DNA from: Candidatus Micrarchaeota archaeon
GTDB taxonomy: Archaea > Micrarchaeota > Micrarchaeia > Anstonellales > Bilamarchaeaceae
Direction of reading: 5' to 3'
NCBI GenBank assembly: GCA_032123335.1
Contig: JAQBFN010000043.1
Location: 1 to 38,321, forward strand
DNA length: 38,321 bases
In this document: positions 17,382-26,337 of the stretch, piece by piece
Layout: every line of letters begins with the position of its first letter
Numbering within the stretch: position 1 is the first letter of the stretch
Notes under the pieces: generated by a model
What the model saw: only the letters and a program-made list of their open reading frames with translations
What the model was told of the DNA's origin: nothing
Database searches by the model: none
Translations under genes and position numbers: made by a program

Positions 17382-20093
17382 ATGGAGCAGGCTACTAAGA
17401 CTAATACTGAGCTTGGCCACTCAATGATGGAAGAAAAAGTAAAGGCATACGTCCAGATGGCACAAAAGAGCGAAGGCTTCTGGGCATCAATACTTGTTTT
17501 CCTTGGGGCGCTCGCGCTTCTTTCCGCAATTCCTTTCTACCCATTTGAACTTTCTTTTGTGCTTGCCCTTGCGTGCGGCGCAGTTGCATACAAGAGCCCC
17601 CCAATCGCGGTGGCCCTCGGATTCATACTCATTCTTCCAGCACTCTCTTACCAATCCCCCATATTCGGATGGATAGGGTTCCTCCTGCTCGCATTAATCT
17701 TCTTTGAGGTATTCGATAATTGGGGGGAGATTGCGCTCCTTGAAGTGATAGTCCTGCTCCCGTTTGCAATCTTTCCGCTCTCCCTTTTCAGCGGGCTTGT
17801 GTATTTTGCGATGCTCTGGGGCAGCTTCCATTTTGGTTCAGCAAAAAGCATTCTAATATCCGTCCCAGCAGTATTCATGATACTGCTCCTCTCTTCAATC
17901 TGGCTTGTTCCCAATTCCGCATTCTTCCCAATCAACATGGCGAATTATAGCCCGGGAATTTCTTACCTCCAGCTCCAGAAGCCTTCCCTTTCCCTTGCAG
18001 CAATTGGAGGGGAAATCGGGCCCGCACTCGGGAACCTGGTGGACATTGCAGCAGCAGGGGAAGCCTGGAATACGGTTGCCCAGATAATGAATAACCTCAT
18101 TACCCTATTGATTGCGGACAGTGCATTCCTGCAGCTCCTTGTGTGGGCGGCAGTCCTGTTCTTTGCAGGCTGGTACCCTGGAAGGAGCAGGGGAAAATGG
18201 AACCAGACAATCGCGGCAGCCCCGGTTCTTGCAGTTCCAGTAGTTTATCTTATCATCTCCCAGCTCTACAGCTATTCCTTTGATCCGCTGATGTTTGTGT
18301 ACGCAGGCCTTTCCGTAGGCCTGTTTGCAGTGCTGGATTACAGCGGAATAAAATTCTCCAGGGAGCGCGCAATCTCCAAGAGCAAAAAGCAGCAGAAGTT
18401 CGGCAAGTTCGGATTCAAGGGTGTGTCGGATACAGGGGAAACCCTGGAAAGCGTTGGAGGGTATGGGGACGTAAAGAAAGAGCTCAAGGATTCAATCCTT
18501 CTCCCGCTGCAGAACAAGGGCCTTGCGATGGCGTACAATCTCAAGGTTCCGAGCGGAATACTCCTTTTCGGCCCCCCGGGTACAGGAAAAACCATGCTGA
18601 TGCGTGCCCTTGCAAACGATATGGACTACAGCTTCTACCCGGTGAAAACCCCGGAAATACTTTCCCAATGGTATGGTGAAAGCGAGAAAAACGTAGTTGA
18701 AGTTTTCGAGCGCGCAAGGGCAACAGCGCCCGCAATCCTGTTCTTTGATGAGATAGATGCAATAGGAAAAAAGAGGGAGCTCGCAGGCACGGATTCCGTA
18801 ACCCCAAGAGTGCTCAATGTGCTCCTCCAGGAAATGGACGGGGTAAGGAAAACAGATAAATCCGTAATAGTTGTAGGGGCAACAAACATCCCCAATTCCC
18901 TGGATAATGCACTAATGAGGCCGGGAAGGTTTGACAAGATAATCTATATGCACCTCCCGGACATCGATGCGAGAAAAGCAATCTTCAAGGTTGGGCTCAA
19001 AGGCCTCCCGGTTTCCCAGGATATTGATTTTGACAAGCTCGCAAAAAAGAGCGAAAGGTTTTCGGGTGCAGACATCCAGCAGGTTGTAAAGGTTGCACTC
19101 CGCAAGGCCGCTGAGGATGCAAAAGCAGCTGGAAAAGTAGTCCCGATACAGATGCAGCATCTGATGGGAATCCTGGAGCACACAAAGCCCAGCACTTCCC
19201 TTGCCTCCCTTGAAATGTATGACCAGTTCAAGCTTGACTTTGAGCGCTCGGAATCCGGGGCATCGGAAGCTGAAGCCGCAAAGAAGGATAAAAAGAAGAA
19301 GATTGGATGGGATGATGTTGCAGGCCTCCGGGATGTGAAAAAGGCATTCAAGGAAGCAATTGAAATCCCGCTGCTTCACCCTGAGCTCATGGAGGAGTTC
19401 AAGGTGAAGCCCAGCAAGGGGCTGCTCCTTTTTGGCCCCCCAGGCACAGGAAAAACCCTTGCAGTAAGGGCAGCCTCAAACGAGCTGGACATTGCCTTCC
19501 TGAACCTAAGCGGGGCACAGCTGATGCAGAAGGGATACTCCTATGCAGTAAACGTAATCAAGGAAACATTCAACCGCGCAAGGGAAAACGCGCCAGCAGT
19601 TATTTTCGTAGATGAGATGGAAACATTTGCACCCGCAAGGGGAATGGGCCGCGGGGACATCGTAGGCCAGTTCCTGGTGGAGATGGACGGTGTAAAAGGG
19701 AACGAAGGGGTTCTTGTTGTGGGCGCAACCAACCGCCCTGATATCTTGGACAGCGCAATACTCCGCCCCGGAAGGTTTGACAAGGTAATCTATGTGCCCC
19801 CGCCCGACAAGGATACCCGGGTGCAGCTCTTCAAAATCCACCTTGGCACATATGCGGAGGGCCTGGACCTCGAGTCCCTTGCAAAAATAACCCCTGGTTT
19901 CACAGGAGCGGATATCGCCTCGCTTGCACAGAAATCAAAGATGAGCCTCCTGAACAAAAAACTTGCAGGAGGGGACCCAACTCTAACAACCCAGGAATTA
20001 GTGGCGATGATTTCCATGATGAAGCCTTCAGTAACTTCCCAGATGCTGGAGAAATACAAGCAATTCATGCAGGATTACGGGGAAAGAAAATAG
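17382..20093 (+). CDS. polytopic membrane protein fused to two tandem Cdc48/VCP-like AAA domains
   Basis: About 10 hydrophobic segments in the first ~320 aa. Two copies of GPPGTGKT, Walker B FFDEID / IFVDEME, and SRH motifs GATN..LD.A..RPGRFD. Confidence 0.88.
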   Translation: MEQATKTNTELGHSMMEEKVKAYVQMAQKSEGFWASILVFLGALALLSAIPFYPFELSFVLALACGAVAYKSPPIAVALGFILILPALSYQSPIFGWIGFLLLALIFFEVFDNWGEIALLEVIVLLPFAIFPLSLFSGLVYFAMLWGSFHFGSAKSILISVPAVFMILLLSSIWLVPNSAFFPINMANYSPGISYLQLQKPSLSLAAIGGEIGPALGNLVDIAAAGEAWNTVAQIMNNLITLLIADSAFLQLLVWAAVLFFAGWYPGRSRGKWNQTIAAAPVLAVPVVYLIISQLYSYSFDPLMFVYAGLSVGLFAVLDYSGIKFSRERAISKSKKQQKFGKFGFKGVSDTGETLESVGGYGDVKKELKDSILLPLQNKGLAMAYNLKVPSGILLFGPPGTGKTMLMRALANDMDYSFYPVKTPEILSQWYGESEKNVVEVFERARATAPAILFFDEIDAIGKKRELAGTDSVTPRVLNVLLQEMDGVRKTDKSVIVVGATNIPNSLDNALMRPGRFDKIIYMHLPDIDARKAIFKVGLKGLPVSQDIDFDKLAKKSERFSGADIQQVVKVALRKAAEDAKAAGKVVPIQMQHLMGILEHTKPSTSLASLEMYDQFKLDFERSESGASEAEAAKKDKKKKIGWDDVAGLRDVKKAFKEAIEIPLLHPELMEEFKVKPSKGLLLFGPPGTGKTLAVRAASNELDIAFLNLSGAQLMQKGYSYAVNVIKETFNRARENAPAVIFVDEMETFAPARGMGRGDIVGQFLVEMDGVKGNEGVLVVGATNRPDILDSAILRPGRFDKVIYVPPPDKDTRVQLFKIHLGTYAEGLDLESLAKITPGFTGADIASLAQKSKMSLLNKKLAGGDPTLTTQELVAMISMMKPSVTSQMLEKYKQFMQDYGERK

Positions 20094-20095
20094 GG

Positions 20096-20668
20096 TCATA
20101 GTTCTTTGTATGCAACTACGCCGTTCCTTGTTTTTGAGAATCTATAGCCTCTTTTAAGGAGCGCCTTTTCTGTTTTGTTTCCCCTCTGCTGCACAACATC
20201 CCCTACGTTTGCATCATCCGGGTTAATCTGAGCGGTAATCGCAACCGCATACCTGAAACCCTCATGTTTTCCCTCCTCTTCCCTTTTTTCAATAAGCAGT
20301 TCCCTTATCCCCCTTCCTTCGTATGCAAGCAGCAGGGCATCATCCTCCAGGAACACCGCGTTTTCTTCCCCATCTTCAAACTCCCAGCTTTCCGGGTTAA
20401 ATCTGACTCCCCAGGAAAGCGCAACAGCAACAAGAATTCTGTCCACGAACCCCCCATAGCTCATCCCTTTCTTTATTATCCCTCCGATCTCCTCATCCGT
20501 AACCGTGAAGATGCACTTGCGCATCACCGTTGAAGCCTCTTCCACATCATCCTCATTCAGCTTCTTTACCTCAATGTTCTCCACATCTGTGGGGGAATGA
20601 AATTTTTTCTTTTTTTCAATAGGGCCTGCTTCGGTTTCCAGCAATTCGCTCTTGAACCCTGATTTCAT
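20096..20668 (-). CDS. GNAT-like acetyltransferase-fold protein
   Basis: YEGRGIRELLIEK resembles acetyl-CoA binding motif A; ALLKRGY near the C-terminus. Confidence 0.5.
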   Translation of the reverse strand: MKSGFKSELLETEAGPIEKKKKFHSPTDVENIEVKKLNEDDVEEASTVMRKCIFTVTDEEIGGIIKKGMSYGGFVDRILVAVALSWGVRFNPESWEFEDGEENAVFLEDDALLLAYEGRGIRELLIEKREEEGKHEGFRYAVAITAQINPDDANVGDVVQQRGNKTEKALLKRGYRFSKTRNGVVAYKEL

Positions 20669-20994
20669 CCGAACCTAACTCCACATACCGGGCACCGTGA
20701 CATATATGCGCTCATCTCGTACCCGCATCTCGGGCATCTCCACTTGGTTTTCTTTGCTGCCCTGATTTCCGCTTCAAAATCATACCCGCATTCCTTGCAA
20801 ATCTTTGCATCCAGCTCGTTCATAGCCTTGCACTTTGGGCATTTCTTCCTGAACATGCTCTTTATGCGGGTTCCGCACTCATGGCAGCGCTCCCAGTCCA
20901 GCTTTACAGGCTTCCCGCAGTTGGGGCACTTGAAATCCTTTGAGGCAAGGGTTTTCTTATCCTTCTTCCCAAACAAAATGTCCAGTATCCCCAT
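20665..20994 (-). CDS. multi zinc-ribbon protein
   Basis: Six CxxC motifs in three pairs (CPNC/CHEC, CPKC/CKEC, CPRC/CPVC); amphipathic N-terminus MGILDILFGKK. Confidence 0.85.
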   Translation of the reverse strand: MGILDILFGKKDKKTLASKDFKCPNCGKPVKLDWERCHECGTRIKSMFRKKCPKCKAMNELDAKICKECGYDFEAEIRAAKKTKWRCPRCGYEMSAYMSRCPVCGVRFG

Positions 20995-21864
20995 CTATTC
21001 TCTCCTCATGAACCCTGCAAGCGCAGCCAGCAGGAGCACAAGCCCGACCGGGCATGCTGAGCCCCCCTCTTCAGTTGATGAAGTTGCTGGGGCAGCTGTG
21101 CTGGGCGCAGTAGCTACAGGCTCAACCGTAGGAGTAGCTTCTTCCGGCTCAGTTCCCGGTTTTGTAACTTCAGAAGGAATGCTTTCCTTTGGAGCATCAG
21201 GTTGCGTGGTTACAACCTCGCATTCCCCTGCTGCCTGGTAGGCCTTGAGCTCATTAATCGCATTTGTAACAGTGGTTCTTGAATCATCAAGCTGGCACTC
21301 AGCCCCAAGGCCTATTGTTTCAGACACAACCCCTGCGAATTCTGCTTCTTTTGCAGGGCACCCTGCAAGCATTGTTTCAAACTCATCTATTTTTTCATAA
21401 ATTACATCTTCCCTGTTTGTGCGTGTGTGTGACACGTACATGTTGAAGGTCCTGGAATAAACATCGTCCCCATCTTTTAGCTCCACCCTGAGCAAATCCA
21501 CATATCCCCTCTCCTCTGATTCACTCATCCCCCAGACTACCGGGAAGTAGAAATCGCATTCTTTCCCGTCACTGTCTACATTTATGCAGGTGTGGACCAG
21601 GGACCACTCGTTCGTGCTGGGCTTGTAGGCATAAATATCCACATTCTTGTTCTCCTCGAATGGGGTTTCAAGGTCCATCTCCGCATGCATAAGGAAACCT
21701 TTTTCTTCGTCCCATTCGCAATTCCACATGATTATGGGGCTATAATCACTTCCAGAAGGTGTAGTACCCTTCAGCCTAAACCCGCTGTAATCATCATCAC
21801 CACCCGCAAAAGCCGGGCTAAAAAGCAATCCCAATGCAACCAGAAAAACCAGAGTTGATTTCAT
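20995..21864 (-). CDS. exported surface protein with P/T-rich linker and Cys-TM-basic C-terminal anchor
   Basis: Signal peptide MKSTLVFLVALGLLFSPAFA, acidic body, T/P/E linker, C-terminus GGSACPVGLVLLLAALAGFMRRE. Confidence 0.8.
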   Translation of the reverse strand: MKSTLVFLVALGLLFSPAFAGGDDDYSGFRLKGTTPSGSDYSPIIMWNCEWDEEKGFLMHAEMDLETPFEENKNVDIYAYKPSTNEWSLVHTCINVDSDGKECDFYFPVVWGMSESEERGYVDLLRVELKDGDDVYSRTFNMYVSHTRTNREDVIYEKIDEFETMLAGCPAKEAEFAGVVSETIGLGAECQLDDSRTTVTNAINELKAYQAAGECEVVTTQPDAPKESIPSEVTKPGTEPEEATPTVEPVATAPSTAAPATSSTEEGGSACPVGLVLLLAALAGFMRRE

Positions 21865-21874
21865 GCTATTCACT

Positions 21875-21895
21875 TCATTAGTAATGATTTATATA
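21875..21895. promoter_or_regulatory. divergent promoter: palindrome TCATTA-G-TAATGA next to a shared TTTATATA box
   Basis: 52-nt intergenic gap. The TATA (21888-21895) is about 22-31 nt from both divergent ATGs (21864 and 21917); perfect 6-1-6 palindrome at 21875-21887. Confidence 0.55.
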
Positions 21896-21916
21896 GTTTA
21901 TCTTCTAATTTGAGGC

Positions 21917-23215
21917 ATGCGGGTAGGGTTTATTATTGCGTTATTCTTAGTAATGCTATCCCTATCCTTCGCTACGTTTCCAGGTCCGGGGCCCCATATT
22001 GAAATCCCGGAACTAGGCCTGGGTTTCATCCTCTTAATCGTCCTGCTTTCCGTAATGATAATCTCCTTTTCCTCGATGGCAGCAAACTCCTTCCAGAGCC
22101 CAGAGCTCATGGCCTGGTCCAAGACCCAGATTACAGAAGTTACTGCCTCAGTAATCCTCGTAGTAATTATCTGGGCAGGGGTTTTCGGCTCAAACATAAT
22201 GGTCTCCGCAATCTTCCTCGACACCGGGCAGGAAAGCCTTGCGGACCTGGGCGCCACCTCTTTAGATGGCATAATCGAGTACCAGGAAATCCTTTATGGG
22301 AAGGTTGCGCAGGCCTACCTCACAGTTGGGGCGCTCCAGGGCACCAGCTACCACTCTGTTATCGCTCCCGCATGGTGGATTTATTTCTCCATTGGCGGAA
22401 CGCCCCTATATGGCCTCAGCATACTGCTCGGCCCGCTTTCAATAGCCGCGAGCAACCTCACCACCCAAATCCTGCTGCTTAAGTCCGTGCAGGCATTCAT
22501 GCAGTACATAGACATTGTTGTGCCCCTTTATGTCCTTCCGCTGGGCCTTGCCTTCAGGATACTTCCGTTCACAAGGAACGTAGGGAACACCCTGATCGCA
22601 CTTTCCCTGGGTGCGCTTTTCATGCTCCCCCTCTCCCTCATGCTAGTGGGAGAATTCTATGCAATTGCAGACAGCCCGGACCCGGACATTGGGTTCGAGT
22701 ACAAGAAGGATGTGGAAGGCATTTCATTTGAAGTGGACGAGATGGCCGGCTCAGTCAAGATGTTTGACGTGGGGAAAATAATCCTGGGCGTTGTATGCAA
22801 GAACAGCGTGCTGCGCACATTTGCGCAGCTCGGGGAATTGATATGGGGGCTAGTTTACGGGCTGGTACTGATGTCCACCTGCCCGGAATTCGCTCCCCCT
22901 TACCTCTGGCCCCTCTGCGTTGTAAAGAAATTCATTGTTTTCATTTTTGACAAGTGGCCGGACATCATGTTTTATGCTGAGCTTGCATTCGCAACAATCA
23001 TGACCCCTGCAATAATCGGAGACCTTACAGGAGCAGGGGGCGCCCCGGACCTGCACCTGATTGTGGACACCCTGCTTCCCGCGGTTACGGAAGCAGTTGC
23101 ATTTTCGCTAACATGCTTCTTCATAATCGTGTTTGTTACATTCGGGGGCGTACGGGCAATTTCCGCTGCCCTTGGAGGAGACCAGATAATGTACGGGCTT
23201 TCGAGGTTTGTGTAG
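21917..23215 (+). CDS. CedA/VirB6-like polytopic membrane protein, paralog 1
   Basis: Family motifs MAWSKTQITE, LPLGLAFRILPFTRNVGNTLIALSLG and C-terminal LGGDQIMYGLSRFV. Confidence 0.65.
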   Translation: MRVGFIIALFLVMLSLSFATFPGPGPHIEIPELGLGFILLIVLLSVMIISFSSMAANSFQSPELMAWSKTQITEVTASVILVVIIWAGVFGSNIMVSAIFLDTGQESLADLGATSLDGIIEYQEILYGKVAQAYLTVGALQGTSYHSVIAPAWWIYFSIGGTPLYGLSILLGPLSIAASNLTTQILLLKSVQAFMQYIDIVVPLYVLPLGLAFRILPFTRNVGNTLIALSLGALFMLPLSLMLVGEFYAIADSPDPDIGFEYKKDVEGISFEVDEMAGSVKMFDVGKIILGVVCKNSVLRTFAQLGELIWGLVYGLVLMSTCPEFAPPYLWPLCVVKKFIVFIFDKWPDIMFYAELAFATIMTPAIIGDLTGAGGAPDLHLIVDTLLPAVTEAVAFSLTCFFIIVFVTFGGVRAISAALGGDQIMYGLSRFV

Positions 23216-24130
23216 ATGAAAAAACTGCTGATGATGCTGGTGCTGTTTTCCTTTGCATTCTCAACCTGCAGCCTGGAATTTGAGCCAGGGAGCGATGCGG
23301 AAATAGCATCAACCCAGGCGATGAGCCTCACAGCAATTGCACTCTCCCTTACAATCGCGCTAACTGCGCTTGCCTACATGGCTGCGAAGATGACAAACAG
23401 CGCAGCCCTTCTCCTGTTCAGCAAGGATTCCCTTACCCAGCTCCTGATAACCGGGGTGCTGATAGTATCCATTTTCTCAATCATGGAGGGCACCTGCCAG
23501 TTTACCCAGCTCTTCCTTGGCACAACCAGCGATCCCCTCACCTTTTCAATGAATTATGCAAGCGGGCTCCAGAGCGAGGGAAGGATGATACTTACAAGTT
23601 TGTACAAGAACTCAATCTCCCAGAAATTCCAGGGAGCCGCAATCCTCGGGTTCTTTGCGCCCCTTGTGGGAGGGGAAACCTCGTTCACTGCAGCATACCA
23701 TAATGCTTTTTCCAGGCAGATGGAAATCCTGATAGACATGGTGAACATAGGCTATGTTTCTGCTGCAGTGCAGTTTTACCTGGTCCAGATGATACGGAAT
23801 TTTGTTTTCCCTGTCCTGGTCCCGTTTGGGCTGTTCCTTCGGGCAATTCCATTCATGAGGGAAGCGGGCAATGTTACGCTTGCCATCGGCTTTACCCTGC
23901 TGGTGATTTTCCCCTTTGCTTATGGAGTAAATGCAACATGGGGCATGAGCCCCCTAGGAGATATCTGTGATGATGATACTGAACTCGTGCTCGGGAGCTG
24001 CAACTCCACAACCGGCTGGGGAACAATTGCATCATACCTGTTCCAGACGGTGTTCCTGCCTAACCTTGCCCTTGTGGTAACAATAACCGGGGCAGGGGCA
24101 ATGGTGAAAGCTATGAAGGTGTTACCATGA
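23216..24130 (+). CDS. CedA/VirB6-like polytopic membrane protein, paralog 2
   Basis: LLFSKDSLTQ, VPFGLFLRAIPFMREAGNVTLAIGF and FLPNLALVVT. Confidence 0.65.
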   Translation: MKKLLMMLVLFSFAFSTCSLEFEPGSDAEIASTQAMSLTAIALSLTIALTALAYMAAKMTNSAALLLFSKDSLTQLLITGVLIVSIFSIMEGTCQFTQLFLGTTSDPLTFSMNYASGLQSEGRMILTSLYKNSISQKFQGAAILGFFAPLVGGETSFTAAYHNAFSRQMEILIDMVNIGYVSAAVQFYLVQMIRNFVFPVLVPFGLFLRAIPFMREAGNVTLAIGFTLLVIFPFAYGVNATWGMSPLGDICDDDTELVLGSCNSTTGWGTIASYLFQTVFLPNLALVVTITGAGAMVKAMKVLP

Positions 24131-26337
24131 GGCGCAACCTGTTCCTGGTGCTTATCGTATTTTCATTATTCGCTATGTTTGGGTGCACTGAGGATACTGG
24201 CCCGGACTATGACAGCGAAATCATCAAAGGCCAGACTGCAGCAGAAAGCAGCTCGGTTTTAGGGGCGGTTGTCCAGGAGTGGAGATTCTTCTCAGTTCTT
24301 TTCATGCTTATCTCCATCGGCCTTGTCGGGCTTGCCTACATGGCTTCCACTGCGCTTGACCTTCCCCAGGTGCGCGCCTGGGCAGATGTTGAGCTGGGTG
24401 AAGCATTCTCCACAGCGCTCATAGTGATGTTCATAATCGCGATACTGATTTTCGCGGAAGCATTTACCCACCTTGCCCTCATAGGCAGCCCTGATTTCGA
24501 AGATGTCTGCACTGATACCAAAACATACTGCCCCGCACAGGTTGCAAAATCATACCTGAATGATTACATGGACAAAACAATGGGAATCTATGAAGACCTG
24601 CAGGAAAATGCAATTAAAGCAGGAAAGATGGCCAACATAGTCACAGGTGCAGGAACGCAATATTACCTAGCACTCTTCCTCTCAGTTACTTACAAGCCCA
24701 CAGGAAACGAAATCATGACCGTTAACATGATTATGCAGGAGCTGCAGTTCCTGATTACGCTTAGGGACGCCCTCATCTTCCAGAAATTCCTGATAAACCA
24801 CATCTCCCTTACCCTTGCCCCGCTTTGCCTTATGCTTGGCATCATCATGCGCTCCTTCTTCGTAACCAGGAAGCTCGGGGGCCAGCTCATCGCATTTGCA
24901 ATCGGATTCATACTTGTTTTCCCCGCAACCTATGCAATCTCAATGTACACCGTAAAAACAACAATTTACGGTGCTGCGGGCTCCGGGGGCTCGCCCGGAG
25001 GGGAGTTCTGCACCCAAACCTGCGTGCGCCTCCCGCCTTCAGCTTACGATGAAGACGGGAACAGTTATACCTGGGCAGGAATACTCAAGGCGTTCCCCCA
25101 GCAGGAAGGGGAAAGCGAAGAGGAATACAAGAATCGCACTACTGAATTTATTACCGGGAAAAGATGCACGATTACTATGGTGCAGGAGATGAAAGATACT
25201 GATTACGATGGAATTCCTGATACGCTTATGGAAGTTGCGCATGAAGACTGCACTTCTGTGCCCACAACAATACTCAATGATTCCGGCGTTGAATTCACTT
25301 CCTGCGGCAAGTTCGATGAGATGTGCCCAAAGATGTGCAGGACGCTTCCCTACCCGAACCTTGACCCCACATGCGCTTCGCCCCGCACAGAATACATGTG
25401 CAGGGAATTTGTTGATGAGGAATGCTTTGACATAAAATTTGTAGACAGGAATGACCCTGCGCTCAGCGGGCTTTCCCCCATGGACTTTGATGACTGCCCA
25501 ACCGAGTGCAGGCCGCTCATCGGCCTGAAGAAAGAAGGATGTGATACGGGCTACGGCTTCGTAATGAATGCACCGGAAACAGACACACCCACAGATATTG
25601 ATGGGATAATGTTTGATGAGGGGTATTCTGCCCCAGTAACTTCAGAAGGGTATGGCGGAGAGGACATACATGCGCGGCTGTACCGCCTTTGCGATGCGCC
25701 CTTCTGGGCCATCGGAGGAGATGATTGTTCCAGTTGGATGGTCGATTATATAATGGACGGAAACTCAACCCAAGTGCTCCAGAGCTATCTCAATTATGAA
25801 GAGATTTCGGATGGCAAAACAGTTGAGTGGGACATGGGATGCCCCAACCACTGCAGGTTCGTAACCACAGGAGGGGAGGTTGGGTTCGGATGCAGTGAAT
25901 GCACAGACTACCCATCCGACCCGCAGGACCTTTGGGACCAGGCAGCGGATGGAGATTTCCAGGACCAGCTGGATGCGGCAGAGCAGACCTGTTCAATGAT
26001 TATACCCGATATTGTTTTCGAAACGCCTTCCGCATGCGCGGAATGCAACTATGTTCTTGACAGGGGCTTCAGCTCAATGCCCCCTATTCACCTGGACTGC
26101 CCAAGGCTCTGCGGGCAGAAAGGGGGAGTGGAAACCCGCAGCAACGAGGGAAGCCTGAACAGCGCTGTTGAAGGCTTTGACGGGCCTGCAGAAATGAAAT
26201 CCATTTCCGCCCTTGCCGTTCCTGCCCTGATACTCCCGCTCCTTAACCTAGTGATTACGTTTATGTTCATACGCACTGTGGCCCCAATGATAGGAGGAGG
26301 GATTGACATCTCAGGGATGATGAGGTTCTTCAGATGA
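24127..26337 (+). CDS. CedA/VirB6-like membrane protein with large Cys-rich insert, paralog 3
   Basis: Lipobox-like MFGC, RAWADVELGE, LGIIMRSFFVTRKLGGQLIAFAIG, a ~400-aa acidic Cys-rich loop, and C-terminal IGGGIDISGMMRFFR. Confidence 0.65.
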   Translation: MRRNLFLVLIVFSLFAMFGCTEDTGPDYDSEIIKGQTAAESSSVLGAVVQEWRFFSVLFMLISIGLVGLAYMASTALDLPQVRAWADVELGEAFSTALIVMFIIAILIFAEAFTHLALIGSPDFEDVCTDTKTYCPAQVAKSYLNDYMDKTMGIYEDLQENAIKAGKMANIVTGAGTQYYLALFLSVTYKPTGNEIMTVNMIMQELQFLITLRDALIFQKFLINHISLTLAPLCLMLGIIMRSFFVTRKLGGQLIAFAIGFILVFPATYAISMYTVKTTIYGAAGSGGSPGGEFCTQTCVRLPPSAYDEDGNSYTWAGILKAFPQQEGESEEEYKNRTTEFITGKRCTITMVQEMKDTDYDGIPDTLMEVAHEDCTSVPTTILNDSGVEFTSCGKFDEMCPKMCRTLPYPNLDPTCASPRTEYMCREFVDEECFDIKFVDRNDPALSGLSPMDFDDCPTECRPLIGLKKEGCDTGYGFVMNAPETDTPTDIDGIMFDEGYSAPVTSEGYGGEDIHARLYRLCDAPFWAIGGDDCSSWMVDYIMDGNSTQVLQSYLNYEEISDGKTVEWDMGCPNHCRFVTTGGEVGFGCSECTDYPSDPQDLWDQAADGDFQDQLDAAEQTCSMIIPDIVFETPSACAECNYVLDRGFSSMPPIHLDCPRLCGQKGGVETRSNEGSLNSAVEGFDGPAEMKSISALAVPALILPLLNLVITFMFIRTVAPMIGGGIDISGMMRFFR

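Noticed and set aside
17382..20093. FtsH, or the CedB/VirB4 ATPase of the cluster
   Set aside because: No HExxH protease domain, and the ATPase modules are classic AAA with SRH motifs, not HerA/VirB4-type.
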